A DNA stretch of 64,000 nt from contig CAWDEW010000013.1 of assembly GCA_963801445.1 (NCBI GenBank), forward strand, positions 117,866-181,865. Direction: 5' to 3'. This DNA comes from an uncultured Chloroflexia bacterium. Its GTDB lineage: Bacteria; Chloroflexota; Limnocylindria; Limnocylindrales; CSP1-4. Below are positions 47,395 to 56,949 of the stretch, one piece after another (position 1 is the first letter of the stretch; each line of letters opens with the position of its first letter). The position numbers and the translations under genes are program-made. The notes beneath the pieces were generated by a model, which made no database searches, was not told where the DNA came from, and saw nothing but the letters and a program-made list of their open reading frames with translations.

Positions 47395-48543
47395 GTGGAG
47401 ATGCACGTCATCGTGGTCGGCGGGGGGATCGTCGGGACCGCGGCGGCCGCGTTCCTCGCGCAGGCGGGCGCGCGAGTCACGCTCGTCGAGCGCGAAGGCC
47501 TCGCCTCGGGTGCTTCCGGCGCCAACTCCGGCGTGGTCCAGCATCCGTTCGACCCGGTCCTGGCCGCGCTCTACCGAGCGACGGTGACCTGCTACCGCGA
47601 CCTGTCGGCAGCCGACGCGGGGTTCCGCCTGGCCGCGGAGCCGAACGGCATGCTGTACGTCTCGGCCGACGGCGCGGCGGTGACCCGCCTGGCGGACTCG
47701 CTCGGCCGGTCGTTCCCTGACCTGGCCGTGGAGGTGGTGGACGGCCCCGCCATCGAGCGGCTGGAGCCGTCGCTGGCTGGAGGTCTCGTTGCCTGCCGAG
47801 TGGGGATCGGCTTTCCGGTCCAGCCGGGCGCGTCGACGTACGCCTACGCCACGCTGGCCGAACGGCACGGGGCCACCGTCCGCCTGGGGCGCGAGGCTGC
47901 GCTGGCGCGCGCGGGCATGACGATCACCGGCGTGATCATCGACGGCACGCGCCTGCAAGCCGACGCGGTGCTCGTGGCCGCGGGACCATGGACCTCCGGG
48001 CTGCTCGATCCTGCCGGTCGTTGGGCAGCGATCAGGCCGCGCTGGGGCGTTGTCGTTGAGACGGACCTCCCGCGCGCGCCGCACCACGTCCTCGAGGAGG
48101 CGGAGATCGACGCGGCGATCGGCGTGCCCGCCCCACCGGCCGATGACGCGCCCGGCGAGGGCGCCGATCCCGCGCCCGACCTGGTGCAGTTCAGCCTCGT
48201 CCCCACCCCCGGCGTGGCGGCCGTCGGATCCACGTTCCTCGCGGAGCAGCCCGACGCGGCCGCGTGGGTCGAGCCGATCCTCCTGACCGCAGCCCGGTTC
48301 GTGCCCGGCCTGGCCGAAGCCCCGATCCGCGGAGTCCGGTCGTGCGCCCGCCCCCAGAGCAGCGACGGGCGACCGCTGGTCGGCCGGGTCCCGGGTCGCG
48401 ACGGCCTCTTCGTGTGCGCCGGCCACGGCCCGTGGGGGATCTCCACGGGGCCCGCCTCGGCGCGCCTGGTGGCGGATCTCATCCTGGGCCGGGAACCGGA
48501 GATCCCCGCGGGCCTCGACCCGGGGCGCTTCGGAAGGCCCTGA
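47395..48543 (+). CDS. FAD-dependent oxidoreductase (DAO family; glycine/D-amino-acid oxidase-like)
   Basis: VIVVGGGIVGTAAAAFLAQAG matches the GxGxxG FAD motif, with a DAO-type C-terminus. Confidence 0.8.
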   Translation: MEMHVIVVGGGIVGTAAAAFLAQAGARVTLVEREGLASGASGANSGVVQHPFDPVLAALYRATVTCYRDLSAADAGFRLAAEPNGMLYVSADGAAVTRLADSLGRSFPDLAVEVVDGPAIERLEPSLAGGLVACRVGIGFPVQPGASTYAYATLAERHGATVRLGREAALARAGMTITGVIIDGTRLQADAVLVAAGPWTSGLLDPAGRWAAIRPRWGVVVETDLPRAPHHVLEEAEIDAAIGVPAPPADDAPGEGADPAPDLVQFSLVPTPGVAAVGSTFLAEQPDAAAWVEPILLTAARFVPGLAEAPIRGVRSCARPQSSDGRPLVGRVPGRDGLFVCAGHGPWGISTGPASARLVADLILGREPEIPAGLDPGRFGRP

Positions 48544-48572
48544 GGTCGGCTGTGCCAGTTCAGCGGTCGGGC

Positions 48573-48612
48573 CGACCCTATTCGGCCTGGGCTGACCCTA
48601 TTCGGCCTGGGC
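48573..48612. repeat. 20-bp tandem duplication c(c/t)gaccctattcggcctggg, two copies, abutting the stop of the Fur-like fragment
   Basis: Perfect duplication apart from one C/T difference, in the 55-nt gap between the convergent DAO gene and the Fur-like fragment. Confidence 0.7.
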
Positions 48613-48849
48613 CGACCCCGGGGAGAGGCAGCCCGCGCAGCGTCCGGCGATCCTGAGGTAGACCGTCGAGGGAGTCGTCCCGGGATCCCGCTCGCGGCAG
48701 CGCTCCACGACCGCGTTCACGGTCACGTGCCCAGTCGTCGCGGTAAGGACGTCGAGGATGAGGCGACGCTGGGGCGTTGAGCGCAGGCCACGCGAGCGGA
48801 GCGCAGCACGGGCGCCATCCAGGGTTGGGAGATCGGAGGAAGGCGTCAT
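48598..48849 (-). CDS. Fur-family regulator fragment: N-terminal DNA-binding domain only (84 aa); possibly a truncated gene remnant
   Basis: LRSRGLRSTPQRRLILDVLTATTGHVTVNAVVERCRERDPGTTPSTVY matches the Fur winged helix up to the TVYR motif. The ORF then ends with no metal-binding or dimerisation domain. TGATG-coupled to the upstream ATPase. Confidence 0.55.
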   Translation of the reverse strand: MTPSSDLPTLDGARAALRSRGLRSTPQRRLILDVLTATTGHVTVNAVVERCRERDPGTTPSTVYLRIAGRCAGCLSPGSAQAE

Positions 48850-49676
48850 CAGTCCGGCCCGTGGTGCTCGGCGTCGTGGTCGTGCGCGTGGACCCCTCCG
48901 TCGTGCTCGTGGAGATGCTCGTGGATCAGGTTCGCCCGGATGAGCAGGTCGCGATCGCCCAGGATCTCCGCGCTGGGGCCATCGGCAAGCACGCGCCGGT
49001 TTTCCCCGAGGACGACGGCGCGTTCCGCGATGACCGGCACGATCTCGAGCTCGTGGGTCGCGGTGACGAGCGTCGTGCCGCCCTCGCCGAGGCGCCGGAT
49101 GAGGTTGACGAGGACCCATTTCGTGCGCGGATCAAGCGCTGCTGTCGGCTCATCGAGCAGCAGGACGTCGGGCCGCAGGGAGAGCACGGACGCGATCGCG
49201 GCGCGCTTCTTCTCGCCGCCCGAAAGCTCGAACGGGGCCCGATCCGCGAGATGCCGGATCTCCATCTGGTGGAGCGCCTCGTCGACGCAGCTCCGGATCT
49301 CCTCCTTCGCCATGCCCAGCTGGAGCGGGCCGAAGGCGACGTCGTCCGAAACGGTGGCGCTGAAGAGCTGGATGTCCGGGTCCTGGAAGACGAGGCCGAC
49401 CTCGCGGTGGAACCGGAATGCGTCGAGGCCGTCCGCCACGGCCGCGATGTCCCGTCCCAGGGCGCGCATCGTGCCGCCGCTGGGGGCCACGATCCCGTCG
49501 AGCAGCTTGAGCAGCGTGGACTTTCCGGAGCCGTTCGCCCCGAGGAGCGCGACCCGCTCGCCGCGCTCGATCCGCAGGTCGATCCCGTCGAGCGCCACCT
49601 GGCGCCCACCGTACACGTACCGGATGCCGTGCAGGTCGAAGACGGGCTCGGCAACCGGCGGCGCGGGCTCGATCAC
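48849..49676 (-). CDS. ECF-type Ni/Co transporter ATPase (CbiO/NikO) with a His-rich C-terminal tail
   Basis: Walker A GANGSGKST, signature LSGGEKKRAAIASVL and Walker B LLLDEPTAALD. The tail is EHLHEHDGGVHAHDHDAEHHGPD. GTGA overlap with the T-component gene. Confidence 0.8.
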   Translation of the reverse strand: MIEPAPPVAEPVFDLHGIRYVYGGRQVALDGIDLRIERGERVALLGANGSGKSTLLKLLDGIVAPSGGTMRALGRDIAAVADGLDAFRFHREVGLVFQDPDIQLFSATVSDDVAFGPLQLGMAKEEIRSCVDEALHQMEIRHLADRAPFELSGGEKKRAAIASVLSLRPDVLLLDEPTAALDPRTKWVLVNLIRRLGEGGTTLVTATHELEIVPVIAERAVVLGENRRVLADGPSAEILGDRDLLIRANLIHEHLHEHDGGVHAHDHDAEHHGPD

Positions 49677-50539
49677 GGGAGGGCCCTTGCGGCGACGATC
49701 ACCGCGGCCGCAACGGCCACCGACCCGGCCAGGCCGGCCCAATCCGAGGCGCGCATCCGGTACTCCTGGAACGTCCGGATCGATCCGCTGAAGCCGCGCG
49801 CGACCATGGCGGCGTAGACGTCGTTGCTCATCTTCACCGACCGGTTCAGGAGGTTGCCCATGGAGCCGCCGATCCAGCGCCGCTGCTCCCCACCGCTCGT
49901 GCGCGCGACCGTCCGGCTCTTGCGCGCCTCGAACATGCCGTTGGCGAGGTGCAGGAACAGGAAGATGTAGCGGTAGGTCATCGCCAGCACCAGGATGAAG
50001 AGTTGGGGCACGCGGATCGCCTGCAGGCTCTTGAGCAGGTCCGCCCACGGCGTGGTCATGACCAGCAGGACGGCCAGCGAGACGCTGACGCCCACGCGAG
50101 CCACGAACAGGACGGCGCCTTCGAGGCCGGGGATCGAGGGCGCGACGTGGAGCGGCCCGAGGGCCAGGTCGAAGAGGCGCGCGCCCGGCACGAGGAAGAT
50201 CGCCGGGATGACCACGATGCCCGCGAAGAACGGGATCCCGAGCCAGACGCGGCGGACGAAGAAGTCGAACGGGATCCGACTGGCCGCGGCGGCGCCGAGG
50301 ACGACCGCGTAGAGGGCCACCTCGACGAGGAACGAGCCCGAGAGGCTCGCCGCGAGGACCAGCGCCAGGAACATGCCCAGCTTCGCGCGGGGGTCCGCGG
50401 CCTGGAGCCAGCCCTTCGCCCGGGCATGCTCCTCGGTGAAGACCGCCCGCTCGATCGACGCGCTGATCCCCGCCACCGTGTGCTCGAGCCAGCCGGCCCG
50501 CTCCGTGCGGCCGCTCCCCGCGCCGTGTCCGCCGGCCAT
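49673..50539 (-). CDS. ECF transporter transmembrane (T) component CbiQ/NikQ
   Basis: CbiQ family with multiple TM helices and the conserved ARGF motif (AMVARGFSGS). TGATG overlap with the upstream gene. Confidence 0.8.
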   Translation of the reverse strand: MAGGHGAGSGRTERAGWLEHTVAGISASIERAVFTEEHARAKGWLQAADPRAKLGMFLALVLAASLSGSFLVEVALYAVVLGAAAASRIPFDFFVRRVWLGIPFFAGIVVIPAIFLVPGARLFDLALGPLHVAPSIPGLEGAVLFVARVGVSVSLAVLLVMTTPWADLLKSLQAIRVPQLFILVLAMTYRYIFLFLHLANGMFEARKSRTVARTSGGEQRRWIGGSMGNLLNRSVKMSNDVYAAMVARGFSGSIRTFQEYRMRASDWAGLAGSVAVAAAVIVAARALP

Positions 50540-51831
50540 CAGCTCGTCACCGGTCCGACCCGGGCCGCGTCGTCTTCGGCAGATCGGCCCCTCCCGAGCA
50601 TGCGGGCGATGAGGTACACCAGCAGCCCGAGCAGCAGCATCCCGATGGTGCCCGCGATCTCGTAGCCGATCGCCACCTGCCAGAGGGCCGCGTTCGCGTC
50701 GCCGAAGAACGGGAGCGGGATGGAGTACCCGGCGAACGGGGCGCTGAAGATCGTCGAGAGCCCGCGGAGCCCCTCGGGGATGTAGCCGAAGGCGGCCTGG
50801 ACGTCCGCGGTGGATCCCTCGCCGTAGGCGAACCCGGGCGCGATCAGACCGAGCGGCGCGATCACGGCCGCCGCAACGAACGCCGTCCCGACGCCTCGGA
50901 CGCGGCGGGGCAGGAGCAGCCGCGCCAGCGGGATCAGCACGGCCGCGATGACCACGACGACAAGGAGCATCGTGGCCACGCTGGGCCAGTCGACCGCCGT
51001 CCAGTCCGTGTCGAACGCGTGCGCCAGGTTGCCGCCGCCGGTGATCAGACCCGCCGCCACCAGGATCCCGACCGAGACGGCGACCAGTGCGCCGCCCGTC
51101 TGCCAGAGCGGCCTGCGCGAGCGCTCCCCTTCCTCGACGTCGCTGCCAGCGAAGAAGCGACGCAAGGACGTGAGGTACTCCGGGTGGCGCTTCTGGAGGT
51201 AGGCGACCCCGAAGGCGGTCACCAGACCTTCGACGATCGAGGCCCCGAACACGTGGGCGATCAGCATCGCCGGTACCGCGACGGAGAGGTCGTACGGGCT
51301 GTAGAGCGCGTGGCCGTTCTCCGTGAACAGGAGGGGCTGGATCCCCAGCTCGATCCCGACCGCGAGCGCGCAGACGGTGATCCCGAGGTAGGCCCCGATG
51401 CCCGCGGCCCAGACGCGACGAACCGACAGGATGGGCGCGCGTCCGGCAAGGAGCCGGTAGGTGGCGTACCCGACGAAGGGCAGGATGAACGCCATGTTCA
51501 GGCAGTTCGCGAAGATCGCCAGGACGCCGCCGTCGCCGAAGAAGAGGGCCTGGATGATCAGGGCGACGCTGACGGCGATCGCCGCCGCCCACGGTCCGAG
51601 GACGATCGCGGCGAGGGTCCCGCCGACGGCGTGGGCGGTCGTGGCGCCGGGCACGGGGATGTTGAACATCATGATCGTGAAGCTGAGGGCGGAGAAGATC
51701 GCAAGCAGCGGGATCGTCCGGTTCGACAGGACCTTCTGGACGCGGTCCGTGGCGATCGCCCACCCGGGAACCGTTGCGACGCCCAGGCCGACCGAGATGA
51801 TCGGACTCAGGTAGCCGTCGGGGATGTGCAC
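50539..51831 (-). CDS. ECF substrate-capture component CbiM/NikM with a fused C-terminal PDGLE-like (CbiN/NikN-type) membrane domain
   Basis: A GTG start preceded by AGGAGG gives an fMet-HIPDGYLSP N-terminus. A CbiM core of ~230 aa is followed by an extra 2-TM domain containing GYIPEGL. Confidence 0.8.
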   Translation of the reverse strand: MHIPDGYLSPIISVGLGVATVPGWAIATDRVQKVLSNRTIPLLAIFSALSFTIMMFNIPVPGATTAHAVGGTLAAIVLGPWAAAIAVSVALIIQALFFGDGGVLAIFANCLNMAFILPFVGYATYRLLAGRAPILSVRRVWAAGIGAYLGITVCALAVGIELGIQPLLFTENGHALYSPYDLSVAVPAMLIAHVFGASIVEGLVTAFGVAYLQKRHPEYLTSLRRFFAGSDVEEGERSRRPLWQTGGALVAVSVGILVAAGLITGGGNLAHAFDTDWTAVDWPSVATMLLVVVVIAAVLIPLARLLLPRRVRGVGTAFVAAAVIAPLGLIAPGFAYGEGSTADVQAAFGYIPEGLRGLSTIFSAPFAGYSIPLPFFGDANAALWQVAIGYEIAGTIGMLLLGLLVYLIARMLGRGRSAEDDAARVGPVTS

Positions 51832-51990
51832 GTCCGCCTCCTGCAGTGCCGCCCCCGATGCGCTTTCCCCGCCGCGACCCGGGCTGGGCCCCATCCGCCC
51901 AGTTCGCGGACGGCTGGCCAGCGGATGCACTGACCGCTTATTACAACGTCATGCAAGAGCCATTATAGTCGAATGGCGAATGGGCGCCTC
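51832..51990 (-). promoter_or_regulatory. AT-enriched leader/promoter of the Ni/Co ECF operon with a TATAAT -10-like hexamer and a TCTTGCA half-palindrome
   Basis: The minus strand reads ccattcgccattcgacTATAATggcTCTTGCAtgacgTTGTAATaagcgg about 115 nt upstream of the GTG start. This is the only AT-rich stretch in the area. Confidence 0.3.
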
Positions 51991-52120
51991 GCGAGCAGCC
52001 GGCGCCGGCAGCCTCATCCTCACCGCCCTGTTCGCGTCGCCCTGGCGGTCTGGCGACGGAACGGACCGGCCGCGTCGCGCGTCAGGGGAGCACCCAGCCC
52101 GCCGAGGAGGGATCGAATCC

Positions 52121-53122
52121 ATGCGGCTGCCATCGCGCCAGCCCCGTGCGGCCACTGCCGCTGCGCTGCTCGGCCTTGTCGCCGTCGTCGCGCTCGCCTG
52201 CGGGTCGTCGGGGCCCGGATCGCCCGGGCCGGGCTCGTCCGCGCGATCCGCCCCACCGGTCGGATCGACCGGTGGGGCCGGGGCAGCGGGGTTGGCCACC
52301 TTCGCCGAGGGTGGTCTCGCGTTCGAGTACCCGGCTGGCTGGCGGGTCTTCCACCACCAGGAGCTCTCCACGGCCTCCAGCCTGATCGCCGAGCTTTCGA
52401 CGGTCGACGTCCCGGAGCCATGCTCCACGACCCCCGTCCAGGGTGGCGGCACGCAGGTCAGCTGCTCCGCACGGTACCGGCTCCAGCCGGACACCCTGGT
52501 GGTCAGGGTGAGCGCGAATGGCTGGCCCTCGTTCAACATCCTGGACCCCTTGCCGGCGGCGGCCCGGCCGCTCGTCGTCGGCGGCCTGCCGGCCTACGTC
52601 GAGGTCGGGCTCCCCGTCGACCCCGCAACCGGCGCCGACACGGTCGTCACCTGGACGCTCGCGCGGCCCGGCTCGGTCGACAACTACTACACGATCAGCG
52701 CAGCGCTGCGCGGGCCCGACATCGCGACGATGCGCGCCCAGCTCGACGCGCTCGTCGCGAGCCTCCGCTTCGACCCGCCGGCCACCCTGCTGCCTGCCGG
52801 CCAGGAGGCCGCCGCGACGGCGGCCGGGCACGCCCTGGCGATCCTCGCCAGCGGCGATCCATCGTGGCGCTGCTTCCCGACCCGGCCCGGGACGGCGGCG
52901 CTGACCGTGACCGCCCTGCCCATGGGCCCGGCGCTCAGCGCTGCGCAGGTCGCGACCTGCACGATGGCGGTCGAGGCCACGCCGCTCCAGCTCTGGAAGA
53001 TGACCCTGACCATGGCCCTGCAACACGCGGACGCGAACGCCGGTCCAGGCCAGCGGTTCACGGTCTGGGTCGGGCCCGACGGGACCCCGGGCGAGACGAG
53101 CGGCGGGCCGCTGGCCCCGTAG
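52121..53122 (+). CDS. Lipoprotein of unknown function
   Basis: GAGGAGG ribosome-binding site. Signal plus lipobox LLGLVAVVALACGSSG. Confidence 0.6.
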   Translation: MRLPSRQPRAATAAALLGLVAVVALACGSSGPGSPGPGSSARSAPPVGSTGGAGAAGLATFAEGGLAFEYPAGWRVFHHQELSTASSLIAELSTVDVPEPCSTTPVQGGGTQVSCSARYRLQPDTLVVRVSANGWPSFNILDPLPAAARPLVVGGLPAYVEVGLPVDPATGADTVVTWTLARPGSVDNYYTISAALRGPDIATMRAQLDALVASLRFDPPATLLPAGQEAAATAAGHALAILASGDPSWRCFPTRPGTAALTVTALPMGPALSAAQVATCTMAVEATPLQLWKMTLTMALQHADANAGPGQRFTVWVGPDGTPGETSGGPLAP

Positions 53123-53134
53123 GGACGCCCGGGC

Positions 53135-54031
53135 TCAGCGCGCCTCGATCGAGCGCTTGGCGAGGCCCCACCAGTAGCCCTCGATCGCCGTCCGGGGCGC
53201 GTCGTCGGGACGCGCCGCGGCGCCCAGGGCCACGAAGAGCGGGGCGAAGTGCTCCACGGTCGGGTGGGCGTAGGGCATCCCCGGGCCCTTCTCGCGGAAC
53301 GCGAACAGGGAGTCGATGTCGCCCCGGGCGAGGGCCTCGGCCACCCAGCGGTCGAACTCGACCGACCAGGCCGGCGCGACGTCGGTGTGGCCCATGTAGC
53401 GGTGGATGAAGGGCAGGCCGTGGGTCATGAACCCGCTGCCCACGATCAGGACCCCCTCGTCGCGGAGCGGGGCCAGGCGCCGGCCGATCTCGAACAGGTG
53501 GGCTGGCTCGAGGTCCGGCATGGAGACCTGGAGGACCGGGATCGAGGCATCCGGGTACATGGCCATCAGGGGCACCCACGCCCCGTGGTCGAGGCCGCGG
53601 GTCGGGCGATCGATGACCGGCTCCGAGGCCGGCATCAGCCCCTTGACCTTGACGGCGAGGTCGGGCGCGCCGGGCGCGCCGTAGCGCAGCTCGTAGTAGT
53701 GCTCCGGGAATCCGTAGAAGTCGTACACGAGGGGCACCAGGGTCGTGGCCCCCACGGCCATCGGGGCGGTCTCCCAGTGGGCGCTGACGATCAGGATCGA
53801 GGCCGGGCGCGGCAGCGACGCGCTCCACGCCGCCAGCTCGCCCATCCAGGCCCCGTCCTCCAGGAGCGGCGGCGCGCCGTGCCCGAGGTAGATGGCCGGG
53901 AGTCGGGATGACCCCGGCGCTGCCGTGCCCGCACCTGCGACGGCCGGCGTGGCGCCGGCGGCGCCCGTGGTGGCGACGGCCGGCGTGGGGGCGGGGGCCC
54001 CCGGGGCGGCCGTGGGATAGAGGAGGTTCAT
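53135..54031 (-). CDS. Class III extradiol dioxygenase (LigB/YgiD, DOPA-dioxygenase-like) with an Ala/Pro-rich N-terminal extension
   Basis: LPAIYLGHGAPP...SAHWE...HGAWVPL match LigB-family catalytic-subunit motifs. Confidence 0.7.
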   Translation of the reverse strand: MNLLYPTAAPGAPAPTPAVATTGAAGATPAVAGAGTAAPGSSRLPAIYLGHGAPPLLEDGAWMGELAAWSASLPRPASILIVSAHWETAPMAVGATTLVPLVYDFYGFPEHYYELRYGAPGAPDLAVKVKGLMPASEPVIDRPTRGLDHGAWVPLMAMYPDASIPVLQVSMPDLEPAHLFEIGRRLAPLRDEGVLIVGSGFMTHGLPFIHRYMGHTDVAPAWSVEFDRWVAEALARGDIDSLFAFREKGPGMPYAHPTVEHFAPLFVALGAAARPDDAPRTAIEGYWWGLAKRSIEAR

Positions 54032-54453
54032 GGCGAGAGCTCCGGGACGCGCGTCCCCGACGTGGGCGTCGGCTGCCGCGAACGGGACGACGCCGACCCG
54101 TCGAAGGCGACTGGGAGGCTGTTGCGCCCGCAACTGTGCCGCGACGGCCTCCGGGGGTCAAGCGCCGGGCTGTCCGCGACCCTCCCGGCCGGCCCGGGCA
54201 GCCCACCTCCGCGCGACCTCCGGGTGTCATTGGCCGGCGCACGACAGCCGGCCGATCCGCTGCTATCGTTCGGGCGTGATCCCGTCCGGAACCCGCACGA
54301 CCTGTCGCTGCTCCTGTCCCCGGCGAGTGCCGGTGGCGGACGAGCGCACGGGTCGCGGCTAGCGCGACCGGGCCACTCCCCCACCGGGCCTCGCGCCTCT
54401 CGTCGTGCGACGCGCCATCGGCGCGTCTCCGTCCCGACGACCCGGAGGGTCCC

Positions 54454-54966
54454 GTGTCCCAGAGCGTCCTCGTCCCGCCCGCCCGCCAGATCGATCCGCG
54501 CGGCCAGCGCTTCGGCGCCGGCGTCTCCGCCGCGATCTTCGCCATTGCCTTCGCAATGAGCGTCCCATGGCTGGCGGTCCTCGTCGGCCTGGACCTCGCC
54601 GTCTCGGCAGCCTTCGGCACCCGGTGGTTCGTCCCCGGCCGCGCCTGGCCGGTCATCCGTCGGATGCTCCGCATCGGGCCGGCCGAGCCCGAGCACGAGT
54701 ACCCGCCGCGCTTCGCCCAGGCCCTCGGAGCCACGCTCCTCGGCCTCGCGGCGCTGGCCTTCGTCGCCGGTGCCGCCGTGCTCGGTTGGCTCCTGGTCGG
54801 CGCGGTGGCCGCGCTCCAGGCGCTCCTTGCCGCGACCGGCATCTGCATCGGGTGCCGTCTCTACTTCCTGCGCTGGTGGGTCCCGTCGCTGTTCGCTCGC
54901 CTCATCGGGCGGGCCGACTCCGCGATCGGGTTCGACGCCCCACGGCTCCAGCTCCCGGAGGCCTGA
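54454..54966 (+). CDS. DUF4395-family membrane protein
   Basis: Four hydrophobic segments. GTG start with a GGAGGG ribosome-binding site. [13 protein letters not shown] motif near the C-terminus. Confidence 0.55.
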   Translation: MSQSVLVPPARQIDPRGQRFGAGVSAAIFAIAFAMSVPWLAVLVGLDLAVSAAFGTRWFVPGRAWPVIRRMLRIGPAEPEHEYPPRFAQALGATLLGLAALAFVAGAAVLGWLLVGAVAALQALLAATGICIGCRLYFLRWWVPSLFARLIGRADSAIGFDAPRLQLPEA

Positions 54967-54973
54967 CCGAACC

Positions 54974-55846
54974 ATGACGACGACGCGCGCGCCGGTCCGG
55001 CCGGCATCGACCGACAGGGGCAGCACGTTCGCGGAGCACCTGGCAGGCGCACGCCGGCCGGACGGGGTCGCGCTGCCCCCGCGGCGGGTCGTCGCCGCCT
55101 GGGCCGACGAGCTGCTCGCGATCCTGTTTCCCCAGCTCGACGGCATTCGCGCGGCCGACGCGTCTGCGATCGGCGCCCGGCTCGACGCGGCCGGCACGGA
55201 CCTGCGCGGGATCCTCGACGGCGTCGTGGGCAGCGTTCGCGCGGCCGACGTCGCGACCGCGCTCTCGGGGGCGCTGTCCGAGCTGCACGCCCGGGTCGTG
55301 CTCGATGCCGAGGCCATCGTGGCCGGCGATCCGGCGGCGACCGGGCTCGACGAGGTGATCGTCGCCTATCCCGGCTTCCTGGCGATCGCGTTCCATCGCC
55401 TCGCCCACGAGCTGCACCGGCTGGGCGTGCCCATCGTCCCGCGCCTGCTCTCCGAGGAGGCGCATTCCCGCACGGGGATCGACATCCACCCCGGGGCCAC
55501 GATCGGCCGCTCGTTCTGCATCGACCACGGGACCGGGATCGTCGTCGGGGAGACCGCGATCATCGGCGACGAGGTCAAGCTCTACCAGGGCGTGACCCTT
55601 GGTGCGCTGAGCGTGGCCAAGGATGCGGCCGGCACCAAGCGCCACCCCACGATCGAGGACCGGGTGGTCCTCTATGCGAGCGCCACCGTGCTCGGCGGCG
55701 ACACCGTGGTCGGCCACGACAGCGTGATCGGCGGCAACGTGTTCCTCACCCACAGCGTGCCCCACCACTCCGTCGTCTACCACACCAGCCAGGTCCGGGT
55801 CCGGAGCGCGACGGACGCGTTCGAGCTCCTGGATTACGTCATCTAG
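54974..55846 (+). CDS. cysE: Serine O-acetyltransferase
   Basis: Hexapeptide-repeat left-handed beta-helix ([43 protein letters not shown]) with a SAT N-terminal domain. Confidence 0.8.
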   Translation: MTTTRAPVRPASTDRGSTFAEHLAGARRPDGVALPPRRVVAAWADELLAILFPQLDGIRAADASAIGARLDAAGTDLRGILDGVVGSVRAADVATALSGALSELHARVVLDAEAIVAGDPAATGLDEVIVAYPGFLAIAFHRLAHELHRLGVPIVPRLLSEEAHSRTGIDIHPGATIGRSFCIDHGTGIVVGETAIIGDEVKLYQGVTLGALSVAKDAAGTKRHPTIEDRVVLYASATVLGGDTVVGHDSVIGGNVFLTHSVPHHSVVYHTSQVRVRSATDAFELLDYVI

Positions 55847-55861
55847 AGGGAGCGCCAACCC

Positions 55862-56776
55862 ATGCCCGTCGCATCGATCCTCGAGACAATCGGCGGCACC
55901 CCGCACGTCCGGGTCAACCGCCTCTTCGATCCACGCGTGCAGGTGTGGTCCAAGCAGGAGCGGGTCAACCCGGGCGGCAGCATCAAGGACCGGATCGCGC
56001 TGGCGATGGTCGAGGACGCGGAGCGGCGGGGGATCCTCGGACCCGACTCGGTCATCATCGAGCCCACCTCGGGCAACACCGGGATCGGCCTGGCGCTGGT
56101 CGCGGCGGTCAAGGGCTACCGGCTGATCCTGGTCATGCCCGACTCGTTCTCGATCGAACGGCGCAAGCTCATGATGGCCTACGGCGCCGAGCTGGACCTG
56201 ACCCCGCGGGAAGTGGGCATGAAGGGCGCGATCGCGCGGGCCCAGGAGCTCGCGGCCCAGACGCCCCATTCCTGGATCCCGCTCCAGTTCGACAACCCCG
56301 CGAACGTCGACGCGCACCGGCGGACGACCGCGGAGGAGATATTCCGCGACTTCCCGGACGGCCTCGACTACATCGTCACCGGCGTGGGCACCGGCGGCCA
56401 CATCACGGGCGTCGCCGAGGTCCTCAAGCCGCGCTGGCCGAACCTCAAGGTCTATGCCGTCGAGCCCACGCTCTCGCCCGTGCTCTCGGGCGGGACGCAC
56501 TCGCCCCACCCGATCCAGGGGATCGGGGCCGGGTTCATCCCGGGCGTGATGCGCCCGGAGCTGCTCGACGGAATCCTGCGGGTGGCCCCGGCGGACGCGC
56601 TGGACTATGCCCGGCGCTCCGCCCGCGAGGAGGGCGTGCTCGTCGGCGTCTCGTCCGGCGCGTCGCTCGCGGCGGTCGCCCAGCTCATCCCGCAGGTGCC
56701 CGACGGCTCGCGAATCCTGACCTTCACGTACGACACCGGCGAGCGCTACCTCTCCGTCGAGGCCCTCTTCGGCTGA
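55862..56776 (+). CDS. cysK: Cysteine synthase A (O-acetylserine sulfhydrylase)
   Basis: PLP-lysine motif NPGGSIKDR, plus GNTGIGLA and [11 protein letters not shown]. Confidence 0.9.
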   Translation: MPVASILETIGGTPHVRVNRLFDPRVQVWSKQERVNPGGSIKDRIALAMVEDAERRGILGPDSVIIEPTSGNTGIGLALVAAVKGYRLILVMPDSFSIERRKLMMAYGAELDLTPREVGMKGAIARAQELAAQTPHSWIPLQFDNPANVDAHRRTTAEEIFRDFPDGLDYIVTGVGTGGHITGVAEVLKPRWPNLKVYAVEPTLSPVLSGGTHSPHPIQGIGAGFIPGVMRPELLDGILRVAPADALDYARRSAREEGVLVGVSSGASLAAVAQLIPQVPDGSRILTFTYDTGERYLSVEALFG

Positions 56777-56949
56777 CGCCCGTCGCCCTGTCGGGCGCCG
56801 GGGGGACCGCAGAGTCGTCCGGCAGGGGGCGTCACGGTCGGTCGCGCCGGGTCGGCCGCGGCCCGACCGCGCGGGCATCCGCCCCGAGCGGGCGCCGGCC
56901 TGCCCGTTCCATGCCCCCGCGGCCCCCGTGACCGCCTACGATCCGCGTC

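Noticed and set aside
51832-51960. Possible cobalamin or NiCo riboswitch in the nikM leader
   Set aside because: The leader is only ~115 nt from the -10-like element to the start codon. No B12-box (GCCACTG-like) or recognisable NiCo-riboswitch core was seen. Kept as a promoter/operator candidate only.
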